Assembly: GCF_022045235.1 (NCBI RefSeq)
Contig: NW_027266289.1
Location: forward strand, 434,001-498,000
Direction: 5' to 3'
DNA length: 64,000 bases
From: Haliotis cracherodii
Taxonomy: Eukaryota
Position numbers and translations under genes: made by a program. Positions 1 to 14,300 of the stretch are shown piece after piece. Numbering within the stretch: position 1 is the stretch's first letter; each line of letters begins with the position of its first letter. Below the pieces are notes generated by a model that made no database searches, was not told the origin of the DNA, and was given only the letters and a program-made list of their open reading frames with translations.

Positions 1-113
1 AGAATATGTGATATTTCACTTGGTGATTCAGACACCAGACCTCTGTGTATACAAAGCATTGGGTTGACAATATTCCTTCTCAGAAGAGAATGATCTGTTA
101 CACCCGTCCCACT

Positions 114-438
114 ATGATCTTGTTTCAAATGTCTGACATTTTGTTATTAGCATGCACATTGCCATACATTCTAAGTCAGTTACTGCACACTACAGGCAGA
201 TGTGCTAAAGTGACTTTCTACAGGAGGTCTGAGATGGACGATCTGGTGTTTGCCGGGAGTCTGATAGAAGAGATCAACCAGGTGGACATGAGGGTTGGGT
301 GTTTCTCTCAGTGTCAGTGGCGGGTGCGGTGTAACCTGGTCTTGTACAACCCGCTCACCAGGAAGTGTAGATTGTACACTGAAGACTTTGGCTCGAGCAG
401 TGACGGCACAGTTGATACTGGATGGCAGTACTATGGCA
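114..438 (+). CDS. PAN/apple-domain first exon A1 (putative signal peptide + PAN); no downstream exons of its own visible
   Basis: ATG at 114, hydrophobic leader MILFQMSDILLLACTLPYILSQ, PAN pattern C-x3-C-x5-C...YNP..RKCRL...GWQYY, ends at phase-1 donor A|GTGAGT; 325 nt, the same length as exon A2. Confidence 0.75.
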
Positions 439-1244
439 GTGAGTATCATTGAATAATAAGAAAATGAACAACGAACTACACGGTTAAACTCCCATGTGAA
501 TGCATGATGTAAGATGCAAGCATTTCTCAACGGACTTTTCAATCCTTCAGTCCGTTATTCCAAGTTTCAAGTAGTTTATATCAAATATCATGCACTTCAT
601 CATGTCATTTCAAGACATATAACGTAAAAGGACAATTTAGTGTCAACTCTGATGGGAAACGTCAGCCTAATATTAAGATGGTGTAATTTTATCAGAACAT
701 ATTATCCTAGGCTAAGGGGAACGTCGTATCATGTGTCAACAGAGAAGCAGTACGACCTCGTGTTAAGTCAACTGACAAAGCGGCGCCATGCCTTTGATAT
801 TCACATCTGCAAATCTCAAAACAAAATCTATTTATAATTTCTACCCTTTTCTGCAATATCTAGAAAGTTCTGTTAAAGATAATCATTATCTTGAACACAA
901 TCTAGGAATGAGCCTTACTTATATAATCGTAGCTTAAAGAGGAGTGATTCGTACATGTCATTTCCCCCAGTATAGGTCTCTTAATTAAATTTTAGCTGAC
1001 CTAATCCACATGATACTGAGGGGAAACATCTGCCATTATCATTATGATACAAATACAATACACATGGCGTGATTAGTATGATACTGATATACATGATATT
1101 ATCGATATGATACTGAGACGATACACATGGAATGTCATATGATACTGAGACGATACGCATAACAAGATCAATAAGGTACTGAAGCGATACAATTAACATC
1201 ATCAATTAAAAAATGAAATACCACATGACAGCAGTCACAGGATC

Positions 1245-3275
1245 GATACTGAGGCGACACACATGACATGATCAATATGACACTGAGCCGACAAACACGA
1301 CACGATCATTATGACACTGAGGCGACACACATGACATGATTAATATGACACTGAAGCGACACACACTACATGATCAATATGATACTGAGGCGACACACAC
1401 GACATAATCAATATGACACTGAGGCGATTCAAACGACATGATCAATATGGTACTGAGGCGACACACATGACATGATCAATATGATACTGAGGCGACACAC
1501 ACGACATAATCAATATGACACTGAGGCGACACACATGACATGATCAATATGACACTGAGGCGACACACACGACATGATCAATATGACACTGAAGCAACAC
1601 ACACGACATGATCAATATGACACTGATGGGACACACATGAAAAGATCAATATGATACTGAGATGACACACATGACATGATCAATATGATACTGAGGCGAC
1701 ACACATAACACAATCAATATGATACTGAGGCGACACCCACGACATGATCAAGATGATACTGAGGCGACACACATGACATGATCAATATGACACTGAGGCG
1801 GCACACATGACATGACTAATATGACACTGAGGCGACACACACGACATGATCAATATGACACTGAAGCAACACACACGACATGATCAATATGACACTGATG
1901 GGACACACATGAAAAGATCAATATGATACTGAGATGACACACATGACATGATCAACATGATACTGAGGCGACACACATAACACAATCAATATGACACTGA
2001 GGCGACACACACGACATGATCAAGATGATACTGAGGCGACAGACATGACATAATCAATATGACACTGAGGCGACACACATGACATGATCAATATGATACT
2101 GAGGCGACACACATGACACAATCAATATGACACTGAGGTGACACACATGAAATAATCAATATGACACTGAGGCGACACACATGACATAATCAATATGACA
2201 CTGAGGCGACACACATGAAATGATTAATATGATACTGCGAGGACATAAATGACATGATTCGTATGATACTGAAGGGACACAAATGACATGATTAATATGA
2301 TACGAAGGCGATACAGATCATATGATCAAGATGATACTGACGCGACACACAATACAATGGTGTAGCGATGCACATGGCGCGATCAATATGACACAAATAC
2401 GATGCTGCAGCGATATACATGACATTGTCAAAATGATAGAAATACAATGCTGTAGCGAAACACATGACATGATCAATGTGACACAAATCCGATGCTGTAG
2501 CTATACACATGACATGTTCGATATGACCTAAAACGATGTTGCAGCAATACACATGACATGACACAAATACGATGCTCTAGCGCTACAGATGACATAATCA
2601 ATATAACACAAATACGATGCTGTAGAGGTACAAATGACATTGTCAATTTGACATAAATACCATCCTGTAATGTTACACATGACTTGATCAACATGACAGA
2701 GAAACGATGCTGCAGCAATAAACATGACATGTTCAATATGACACAAATACGATGTTGTAGCGATACACATGACATTGTCAATATAACACAAATACTACGC
2801 TGTAACGATACACATGACATTATTAATATGACACAAATACGATGCTGTAGCGATACATATGACATGGTCAATATGACAGAAATACGATGCTCTAGCGAAA
2901 AACATGATTTGATGAATATGACACAAATACGATATTGTAGCGATAGACATGACATGACCAATATGACACAAACACCATGTTGTAGCGTTACACATGACTC
3001 GATCAATATGACAGAAATACGATGCTGTAGCGATACACATGACATGATCAATATGACACAATGCTCTGTTGTAGCGATACACATGACATGATCAATATGA
3101 CACAAATACAATGCTGAAGCGATACAGATGACATGATCAATATGAGACAAATCCGATGCTGTAGCTATGCACATAACATGATTAATACGACAGAAATACC
3201 ATGCTGTAGCAATACACATGAAATGATCAATGTGACACAAATACGATGCTGTAGCGATACACATGACTTGATCAT
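1245..3275. repeat. Compound minisatellite: ~34-bp units (to ~2340) then ~45-bp units
   Basis: Core ACACATGACATGATCAATATGACAC repeated with spacer TGAGGCG in the first block and AAATACGATGCTGTAGCG in the second. Confidence 0.9.
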
Positions 3276-6200
3276 TATGAAAAAGACAGAAGATGAGATT
3301 GGGTTAAATGGCCGAGGGTGTGCCTGGTCATGTAGCTGGATCCCACCATCCAAACTGTAAACAATAAGAACTGTAGTAAGTACCATGAAAGACTATTTGA
3401 ATTAATTGTGTAACATTGAATTTGTTGGTAAGCGTATGTAAGCATTGTAGCAATCTGATTTCCACCTGCCGTATTGTTGTATGAGGTGTTCGGGCACCCC
3501 ATTCATGGCTGCTGATGTGGCTGCCCCAATGCGGAAGGAGTGCGAAGAATAGCGGGCCGTGTTTATGTTGCTGTGTGCTAAGGCCTTTTTTTGGAGCCTG
3601 GAATTGGTACCTTGTAACGGGGGAATGGTCGAAATGAACGAATGCATGTTGTGGGCCGGAGGGGCGCGCCTCCAGGTAGTGCTTGATGGCGACTACCGGA
3701 CATAGCGGATTACCTGGTATTGATGACATTGTAACTGTTGTCCCCATCCTGTACTGATCAGACTTTGAGTGTGGTAGATGGATTGAAACCTGCTGGGGGT
3801 TGCCCGAGAAGCTTAAATTCTGGATGGCGCAACCTGTTTTTGAGGGTCCAGTTTGGACCAGTTCGCTATCCCGAAAGAAGCCGAAGAAGGCTGTGCAGTA
3901 GACTGCCTTGAACAGTCTGGCTTCATAAGCTGATGAGCATACGTGAGGCAGATTGTTGGTTACTACCTGCAGCAGATCTGCAGTGATCGGTTTTCTGGTG
4001 TCTGGTCGGCCCGCTGATTTGTGTAAGCCTGTTAAAATCTTGCCTACCAGGAAATGGTTTGTACAGTCGGTGAGCCCGTGGAATTTGTGGTGTGAAGACA
4101 GCGCTGCAATGAAAGTCTTGACAGTGTAAGGGGAGTGGTGAGTGACTGACATATAAGCAATAAAGTTTACGACCTGATCCAGCGGGACTGGCCACACCTC
4201 TTGTAGCTGGTGTGCGGACCGGAACTGGTGCAAGGCATTGATGCCTGTTTGGTAAGTGGCCCATGTATTTGTAGACAGAGATTGTTGTAGGAGTCTGCCG
4301 GCTTCCTGCCTCAGATCAGCCATATGTTGCACGGGATAGGTGTGGGGTTCTGGTCCGCGGCTGTTGCTGCCTCTCGGAAGCGTTTGAGCTGAAACCTCGA
4401 GAGAGCATCGGCAATAGTGTTAGCAGTGGAACATACATACTTTGCCTTAAACATAATATTATATCGGAGGCACTGCAGGATTAGGCGACGGAGTAGGCTC
4501 ATCACTCTGGGGGCGTGGTCGACTGTTTGTTGATTATTGCTACGACGGCTTGGTTGTCACAGTAAAAGAGGACCTTTTTGTTTGCGAGTTGCTTGCCCCA
4601 AAGTTGGATGGCCAGTGTGATGGGGAACAGCTCCAGGAGCGTCAAATCCCGAGGAGTTCCACTGGGTTGGCCATGCGCCGTTAAACCATTTGCCCTGCAT
4701 GTAGGCCCCAAAGCCGGCACCACCCGCTGCGTCTGAAAACAGCTGGAGGAAATCGCTGTCTACCCATAGTTGGTCCTGAAACACTGAAATGCCGTTATAA
4801 CTCGTAAGAAATGTTAACCACATTTGTAGGTCTTCCTTTTCCCAGCTGGTAATCCTAATGTGGGGAAATGGTTGCTTACCTTTGCTATGCAGATCGATTA
4901 GCCTGCGGCTGAATGCCCTTGCCATTGGTATAGCCCTGCACATAAAGTTAAGTTTGCCTATGAGGAACTGAAGGGCCCTTTTTGTGACCTTGATGTTACC
5001 TGTTGACAGGATGTCTTGGATTTCCCTTGTCGCCTCCTTGATCTTGGACTCTGGGATTCTGATCTGCGTTGCATTGGTGTCGATTTCCAGCCCTAAGAAT
5101 TTCAGTTTGGTCGTGGGGCCCACCGTCTTGTCGTGCGCAAAAGGGACCCAAAGCTGTTCGACCCGCATCCGTTAAGGTTGTCTGAGCAGTGGCTGGTGCC
5201 TGCTGTGCCCTCCGTTAGGAAGTCATCCAGGTAATGCATGATCTGCACGTTGGAAGATGCGATTGCATGCACCATTGCCAGAAGGTACTAAACGTTTCAA
5301 ATATGGCGCAAGATATGGAGCAGCCAAATGGTAAGCATTTATCGAAATAGAACTCACCTTCGAATCTGATGCCTAGTAGCTCGAAATCGGATGGATGGAC
5401 TGGTATAATTCTAAAGCCCGACTGAGAGTCAAATTTTGCTAGTAGTGCTCCCTTTCCCAGTTGTTGAACCATATGCGTAGCCTTATCAAATCTGGCATAC
5501 ACAACGGAACAGGCCTCTGTGTCTATGAAGTCATTTATAGATTTAGGATAGATGGTGAATTAGATGGAATTCCTCCGCATGCTTACCCAGATGGTGACAA
5601 TAGCCTGGCTGCCTCTTCGGCACCAGGCCTATTGGGGATACTTGGAGGTTATCCAGGGGGGTGCCCTTGAAGGGGCCCGCCATCCTGCCAAGGTCGACTT
5701 CACTTTGTTGTTTTTGTTTCACGTAGCCTGCCGTGTCTTGGTGCGTGGCTGATCGCAAGTTTCGTGCCCGGCGACCAATGCGGCTTCCCTGAAACTCGAG
5801 CTTAAAGCCAAAGCTAAAACCTACCCATAAATAATTTGCATCTCTGTAATTGACCCTAGCATATTGGCGTAACCAGGGTGCCATTTCATTGAGATCCACG
5901 GGGGAAGGGGCCATTGAGTGTACCTGCCTTGACGGCTGGTTTTCTGTTAGGGAAAGGCTGATTGGGCTTGTAAGGGGTCGGTTGGACCCAATTCCCTCGA
6001 AAGCAGGTCCTAGAGCTATGGGAATGTTTGCCACACTTACCGCATTTGTGAGTGTACTTACAGTTGACCCTGCTACAACCAAATTTATTGAAATCCCAAC
6101 ATACCTGACTGGCGATGTCTCCCTGTACGCGTGTCATTGCGCCCCGTCCGCCTGATTCTGGTTGTCGTACCGGCTGTGTGACCATGTACTTCAGCCACAA

Positions 6201-6680
6201 CTCCCCGTCGATGTAGTCCCAGCGTCGTGACGGGTCCCTTGACATTCTGTGACGGAATTGTTGGTCGTAGGTTGACCAGGCATCCCCCCCGAATCGAAGT
6301 GCCGCCGTTCTTATGGTTGCCATGTAGGACAGCAACCCCTGGGTTGTGCGGACCTCGGAGTGCCTACTAACATAGATATACATGAAAATGTGGAAAGCTG
6401 AAGTCCAGCTTGCCAGGCCTGGGACAGGAGCTTTGGTTGCTGCTTTGTTGGTTTAAAAAGTATCTTACCTGAGGAGTCGAACGCCATGGTAATCGTACCG
6501 TCCTCGTGACTTCCCTCGGTGTTTGGTACGATTGTGCCAAGGTCGACAAACTCGCCACACCAGATTTTTTCCCTCACCTGTTGTTTGACGTGCGCGTCTA
6601 TTCCATCCGCACGGAAGGATAGGGAATCCCCGTATCCTGCGTTCTGATTGGCTGGCCAAGCCGCGTCACTGTCGGCCAGT
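3276..6680 (-). mobile_element. Decayed tyrosine-recombinase retrotransposon (DIRS order, Ngaro-like): gag, RT/RNase H, YR, start of a hydrolase ORF
   Basis: gag-like YDQQFR...WD...CWDFN...C..TH.C.KC (5886-6383); RT motifs SPIGLVPK, YFDKCLPFGCSIS, KLKFLGLEID; RNase H LFSDAAG, LELFPI, FYCDNQAVV, NTIADALSR; YR HSFRIGAAT...GRWKS..Y..YIR; many frameshifts. Confidence 0.92.
3402..4332 (-). pseudogene. Tyrosine recombinase of the Ngaro-like element (frameshifted)
   Basis: ORFs 3328-4332 and 3402-3647 carry AFFGFFRDSEL, SKSDQ, LCPV and HSFRIGAATSAA...GRWKSDCYNAYIR. Confidence 0.88.
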
Positions 6681-7428
6681 ACTGTGTTTTGAGATTTGAC
6701 GTAGTCCCGCTGTAAGGTAGATACCTCTCGCATATTGAGAAGATAAACGTACTGTGTTTTGAGATTTGACGTAGTCCCGCTGTAAGGTAGATACCTCTCG
6801 CATATTGAGAAGATAAACGTACTGTGTTTTGAGATTTGACGTAGTCCCACTGTAGAGTAGATACCTCTCGCATATTGAGAAGATAAACCTACTGTGTTTT
6901 GAGATTTGACGTAGTCCCACTGTAAGGTAGATACCTCTCGCATATTGAGAAGATAAACCTACTGTGTTTTGAGATTTGACGTAGTCCCACTGTAGAGTAG
7001 ATACCTCTCGCATATTGAGAAGATAAACGTACTGTGTTTTGAGATTTGACGTAGTCCCACTGTAGAGTAGATACCTCTCGCATATTGAGAAGATAAACGT
7101 ACTGTGTTTTGAGATTTGACGTAGTCTCACTGTAGAGTAGATACCTCTCGCATATTGAGAAGATAAACCTACTGTGTTTTGAGATTTGACGTAGTCCCAC
7201 AGTAGAGTAGATACCTCTCGCATATTGAGAAGATAAACCTACTGTGTTTTGAGATTTGACGTAGTCCCACTGCACAGTAGATACCTCTCGCATATTGAGA
7301 AGATAAACCTACTGTGTTTTGAGATTTGACGTAGTCCCACTGTACAGTAGATACCTCTCGCATATTGAGAAGATAAACCTACTGTGTTTTGAGATTTGAC
7401 GTAGTCCCACTGTACAGTAGATACCTCT
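6680..7428. repeat. 70-bp minisatellite, ~10.7 copies
   Basis: Unit ACTGTGTTTTGAGATTTGACGTAGTCCCACTGTA..GTAGATACCTCTCGCATATTGAGAAGATAAAC.T recurs at 6681, 6751, 6821 and onward. Confidence 0.95.
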
Positions 7429-8313
7429 TATTTTAATTTGGATTTGAGCACGAGTGGGTGATTCATATAATTTCCACAGCTATTTTGTCCTGTACACCAA
7501 ATGTTTCTACACGGGTTAATCTCTTGCATTGACATTTGGTATTTCCAATATGCCGCTGTATCAGTATGGAACTCTCAAATTTGTCATCTTTCAAGTCCGC
7601 ATAATGATTCATAGATGATACTTCTTTTTGAGGTCTTAGAGGAGGCCTCATATATGAATGTTATCTCACATTCTCACATCTCACATTTTGCTATTCTGGT
7701 GCGAGAAGTCTGCTGACCTGTTGATGGGCTGGGACACATCGATATGGATGCTTACAGGAACAGGTGATGTGGTAGTTTAGACTTAGACTCGGTATTATGT
7801 TGTGAGTTTCCAGGGTTTTCTCTACTGAATGTCTGACATACATAGTTGCATCATGGAAAATGGAAATCCACGCACTGTGTTTGCACCGTAGCGCTTCAAT
7901 AACTGTAGATTTAACCTTCACTTTAAAACTCAATTTAGCATGCTTACATGTAGTCTCCTAGTAACCTAGCGCTACATTGTAAACACATGATGTATATTTC
8001 CTGATTATGTACTTAATCAATCTGAAAATGGTGACGCAAAGTATATTTTGTTGTCTTTTTCTTTTTTAACCAGGGCTTTCTTAGTGTTAGATTGATAATC
8101 CATATATTATTGATTCGTCTCTCTTGGCAGTCCTTCAACCACGCATGTTCCTGTTTTGAAGTGTTCATATGTTTGAACAGACACAAAACCAGCGATGCTT
8201 AGTGAGTAAAACATAGCTTTAAGACAGAATACAGAAAAATCTACACTAGCTATGCAGAGGGATTGATAAATCACGAGGAGTCAGCATACACAATTAGAAT
8301 CCAGTAACAGACA

Positions 8314-11300
8314 ATGATGTTCCTGCAGCCAGTCGACATCTTGGAATTATTTGTCATTTTACAACAAGTCCGTTGTCAGTTGGTTTACAACATGGACAGT
8401 TGCACAAATGTGACATTCCACAGAAGGTCTGAGATGGATGATCTGGTGTTTGCCGGGAGCCTGATAGAAGAGATCAACCAGGTGGACATGAGGGCAGAGT
8501 GTTTCTCTAAGTGTCAGTGGCGGGTGATGTGTAACCTGGTCTCGTACAACCCGCTCACTAGGAAGTGTAGACTACACTCTGAAGGATTTGAGTCGAGCAG
8601 TGACGGTATGTTCGAGAGTGGATGGCAGTATTACGGGGGTGAGTATGACGGATGTGATGTGCAAAGTTCAAAAGTCCTGTGAAAGAAGTGATTGACATCA
8701 ACGACATTAGTGATGCGTCCGTAAATAATACCAGACGTAACATTACAAATCTGAAATGTATCACTATAAGGTTTGAGCATAGGCTTTTGTAATCTTTATT
8801 CTATTATGAATTTTAATGATATCAAAGATGTGTCAATATTGTAGGATAAACCATTATCTTCTGTCACAGGGAGAAATTCTCCAAATTATCAATGTAAATA
8901 ACCACCTATTTGACTCAACATGGACTATAACGTTATAGTATGAACTGCAACCACATGGAAAGGACATGCTTACCTTTTTCGCGAATATCTGGTGTCATCA
9001 TTCACTTAATTTCACTGCTTCTTTGTCTTTTAGGCAACTGGAATCTGTTTGGGCCTATAGTTGAGAATGATTATTCTCTCTCGTTGATGTCTTATATGAT
9101 ATGTGTTCGTGTGAAAAATATATGCATATGTTATACTTATATTTATAAATTAAATTAAATTGTCTGAAGAAAACCGTGAATTCGACAGACTCTCTACACA
9201 CCGGTACATGGTGATTCCCGAATTGAAAGGCGAAGGTTAATAGGTCCATACAGAAATAGATAGCGAAATCAGTCACTAAACACACACGACAAAACACATA
9301 TTTACTCATTACAGTCGAGCTTCGTTGTATCACATTCTCGGTTGTCTCGCCCTTCCTTCTATGATTATCATTAAATTATGATTATTCAGAAAAGAAGAAA
9401 ATTAAAAATGAAGACTATCGAGGCAAAGAACGAACTAGTTTTTTTATGATACGGTTACAAACGTTGAAACGTGGTGAACAAAAGATGAATAGATTTCATG
9501 TAATACTCTCTCATAATATGATGTTTGGTTTACGAGTGACTATGTGGCAGCAGTGTTGATTAATATACCCTATCACACAAATCGGTGCACACACGGATGT
9601 CCGGCAATTGACACAGATGGATGTCTTGAATGGGGCACTTGCTCCGTTCTTGAATCCAGGAATCCGTGATGGATGCAGGCAGAACAGTAAGTGTTTGCCG
9701 ACAGGTATCCCGTCCGTCCTGGGAAAGTAGATAGGACGCAAGCCAGATCGTTGAAGGAAGGTATCGAATGACTCTCGTCTCACATTTATATAGGAATAGC
9801 TAGCATTCCAGAATATGCTGCCTTGAAGCATATCGAACAAAGTTGTGCGGAAAATGAGAAATCTAAACAAGCCAGCTTTCTCATGTTAAATAAACATTAC
9901 TTACATATTCCGATTTTTTTCAAAACGTTTTGTGCTGGACGTGAAGGACAGTTTCAAATTTGAGGCATCAGTGTAGTGTTCTAGTTGTACTGGTACAAGA
10001 CGTGTGTTGTGCTCCCTCGCAAGGCTGTGTACTGTTCTTCCATTAATCGGTTTCAATACAGGAATCGCCTGAGCTGTTAATGAGGCAGTTTGGTTTCGAA
10101 TCCGTAGATGCACAAATGGAATGTTTGTCTTGTTGACGCTACGTCACACTTGGACGATCGGCCCGTGGCAAGCCATGAGTGTTTCCCTGCTGTAGATAAC
10201 ATGTCCAAAAAGATACAATTGCGTTTAAATGAACATTTAAATGTCTGGCAAATTAGTTGTGCAACGTACCCACGGCGTAGACGTTGATTTTCAGCAAGTC
10301 GTGGCACTGCTTAAACGTTAATTATGGTTAGGGTCAACTGTTTTAAAAGCACCTGATAGCTAAACAAGGATTGCGTGCTGTTCACATTGCAACATTAAAG
10401 CAGGTGGGAGAGTTTCATGCTCCACGCAAACACGCAAACGTCCAAATTGTGCGCCGTGAATGAACATGCACGTGAAAATTATGAATCACGACGCTGAAGT
10501 CGAGGCGATGTCTTCATGAATATATATCACCATTGAAAGCAGCATTATTTCATTTCAGAAAACATTTATTTTTATTAAACTTAACAACCAAGCACAGTTT
10601 CTTTCTTTTCCTTTAGAAAACAAAGACTGTGTTCTGTTGCGTTTATTTGTATCACCTTTACGTAAAAACACATATAGAAACCTTGTTTTGTTAGCAGAGC
10701 TTAACATGAACCATGAAACATATCCTTTAAATATCTGTCCCTTGTTAACAAAAATAATTACATCACTAAAGAGGTTTTTGAGTGGTGTGGAAGCCTAGTG
10801 TACAAGTGTTTGCTTGTCACGCCGAAAGCCCAGGTTCGCTTCCCAACATGATTACAATGTGTGAAACCCCTTTATGGTGTCCCCCGCGGTGATATTGGTA
10901 GGATACTGCTAAAGGCGGCATAAAATCATACTCACTTCTCACTGAAGGCAGTTTTGCTATTTTAATGTACCAGAAGTGAATCATTAATTCTGATAAGGAA
11001 AACAGTACCACCGGAAGACGCTGAGTGTTGGGTAAAGTGTATTCATAATGAAAAGCCATCCATTCAGATTGTGTTCCTTGATATTCTAAACTTTGTGTCA
11101 GTTCAACACCCGTTAAGTTCCCAGGTAAAATACTTTGCAAGGATACCAACTCAGAATCAGGCATGACACAATTTTTTGATTGAGGGTTTTACACAACAGA
11201 AACAAAACTGTTTGTCATTCTTAATATAGTCATACTATTAGCAAACTCGTCGTCTTTATATCAAAGACAAATATTATGAGATCAAACAAGAAATATGACG

Positions 11301-14300
11301 AGGAACCAAAAATAGAACTTGCGTACAAACATAGACATCGTTAGGAAAAACACCTTGTGGGTGTTACCTGTGGGCGTGTAAAATACCTCGTTGTGATCTC
11401 GGTGCTTAATATTTACTTATGGACGTGGCTGTGGCTCGATGACAATAAAAACGAGGGCTGGTCAAAAAAGTTCTTAGCTGTACTAACTTTCAACTGTGGT
11501 CCATAACAAAGTGAAATGCCAATGTTGTACATTGTTTGAGTAGTTCATTGTAAGTGCATTTGGTCTGTTGATGCCGTTTGTATATTAGTGACAGCCAGTT
11601 GAACGGGATAGGGTCCTTATGGACACAGAACTGCAAAAGAACGAGTACCGAGCAGTCATCATGTTCTTTACTTAAGGATTTCTTCAAGTTTAAAAATAGA
11701 TAAGTAACGATTGATGAAACATGCTGCTAACCCCACTATGATCCCTAGTCAAAAAGTCATAACATTGAATGGCACCATATCAACGTCTCCAGTACCAGAG
11801 ACATTCAAGTCTTCAAGATCAGTGAAGAAAGTAAAGGCCAATGTATTCTATTGATTACTTAGAAAGTCAAAAGACGATTACCGGTGCCTACTATGCTGAT
11901 TTGCTTCATCTTCTGAGAGATTCTATCAAATATTATTGACTGCTGGAGATCTACTACTTCATGACAACGCCTATTATCACACCTTTCAGCTTGCAAAGAC
12001 TGCTGTGCGACAATGTAGGTTCGAAGAGCTTCCTCAGGATCCATACTTGCCTGGAAGAACTCAGCGAGAGGTTGCCAATATTTTCAATTTGTGATTTGCA
12101 GACTATGCTTTTTGCAGACACAAAATGTCAATGATCGGCCCCGCAGATGGTTTCCCGGGTAAACAACACAAATCGAGGGTCGATTAATCAGATACCAGGC
12201 TTAAAGATATCCAGCCCAAACAACGAATTCAATTGTTTTCATTTGATTCAGGCAGCTCAGTTTAAGTCACTGACTGATTAGAAATAGTCTGCTTGCACTT
12301 AATCTGCACGCTCTCCGACCACGTTTTGAATTACCGTCAACGAACCGACACAATCTATACTGGCACAAAATACACTGCATTTTCTGGATAGGCGTGGGCG
12401 TGTCTTGATGAGGCAATGCGACGGGTTTGGATTGGGGCTCTGTAATGATATAGGACGGGGTCATAATGAACGCCATTGTATATTGTCCACGGAAGACTCA
12501 CTGGACAGTACACCGAGACAACATACTGGCGTGAGTATGTGTACTGTTTGCGCGCCATGCTGGTCTTCATTTTGCCTATAAGATGACTCTCGTGCCCACC
12601 GTGTACGTTGTTGTAACTACAAACTCCAGCAACAAAACATCGGCGAAACCGCATTAGCTGTGGTTCATATTGGGAAAGGGAGGTTACTCTAATTTCAAAA
12701 GGGAGTTATCTCCGTTGTTTTCGTATTTAGAAATGGCGTCAGTGTCGCTGTACGTTGTTGTTGGTCCAGCTATTAAATTCCCAGTTTATCAGGTAAAACG
12801 TATTCTAAATTAAATGTTTGCATGCATTACATATTTATCTTTCCATCCTTTCATCTTCTTAGATTGGTTTAGTGCTGATAACCATTTTCTAAAATGTGGG
12901 CCCACATTTTTCACGTCATATAGGGTTATCGAATCAAGTGGGCCCACACTTCTATATCGCCTAGCTTCGTTAGGTTGTTTAATTAGTTCTGATAATCAAT
13001 TCCTAAATGTGGGCAGGCATTCTTCCGTCATTTTGATTGCAACAGGAGGGACCACATTTATTAATCACGAAATCCAAGAAACTTAGATCTACTTCAAATT
13101 AAATGTTCCAAGGCAATACCAATCATTCTACTTTTTCCAGTAGAAGACGGCACTTTTGGTGTTTTTGTATGTTTGATACCGAGAAAATAGTACTAGAATT
13201 CCAGTATGCCTGATTCCTGCATGACGATACAGGTGAGCAGATAGGGATTCCCCAGCATTCCATAGTGACGGTGGGCGTGGCTTCATTTGTTACAAACATT
13301 TGAAAATAGTGTTTATGTGTTTGCACATGTGATTTTAGTTTTGTCATGGAAACATCAACTGTTCAGTCTGACGCGGAACTGCCTCCAGCCGGCAATCAAG
13401 AACAGCATACAATGAAAGGGAACTTAAGTATTTCCTTGTATTGAATTATGTCGCAGCTGACACTCAACGTCTAACGTCTAAGCCGTCCAGCGAGAGTGAT
13501 ATGCTTCCCGATGCTAAGTGGCAAATATATAAAACATCATTCCTTTAATGCAGATACACTATTTATGTTTTTTGCTTTTGTTTATTTTATTATTTTTGCT
13601 TAAGTGTATATTAACGAATAACGTGCAATTAAACCAACTACTAGTTACACATACTTAGACTGTCAGTCTAGATGGGAAGACGTCACGATGCGACGATGTC
13701 GTATTGGCCATTCGAAATATACACACACATATTTTATTGAAAGGTGAAGATCACACTTTCTGTATCCCTCGTGATGAAATAATCAGTCAAGCATATGTAC
13801 CGCTTGACTGTATTGATTTTCCGCCACAAGGAATGAGTATTTCAAAGTTTCCCACATCAAGTATTATTTTAACATAAGTGCTCATGTATTTTGTATTTTT
13901 CAAAAAGATACAATTTGTTAAAAGAAATTGATGTAAAACGTTATGTATTTAAATTTTGTTGATTGTTCGTCGCTGTGCACTTGATGGACTTAAATAAAAC
14001 TGAAATTTTAGTTTTCAGGAATGGTGGCAAACTTAGAAATACAGAAAATTGGAAATTTCGAAATATTATTATTAAAGTTTCTACTTATTACAGGGTTTAA
14101 TATTTTCAAACCGTTTGTGTTGAACTTTGGGCGTCAATACCCTGGTGAATAAGGCTAATAAAGCTCTCTTTTAATTGAAGCAAATAAGAATTCGTTTTAA
14201 GAATATTCCTATCTCAGCCTTATTTACGATTTTTGATATGCAAATAAAGCCCATATTGTTGTACTCGTCAGAAGTGTGGGGTTTAACGTTTCATGTGAAA

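Noticed and set aside
45-113. ORF-track starts at 45 and 59408 for the PAN exons
   Set aside because: Non-ATG starts; ATGs at 114 and 59354 give leaders and exon lengths matching the paralogs
2292-3264. Cys/His/Met-rich ORFs in satellites (also 14864-15890, 23350-23760, 45243-46090)
   Set aside because: Translations of non-triplet tandem repeats, open in several frames
6680-7428. Regularly spaced repeats resembling CRISPR arrays (also 27706, 45140, 63080)
   Set aside because: No unique spacers, no cas genes, eukaryotic context; plain tandem repeats
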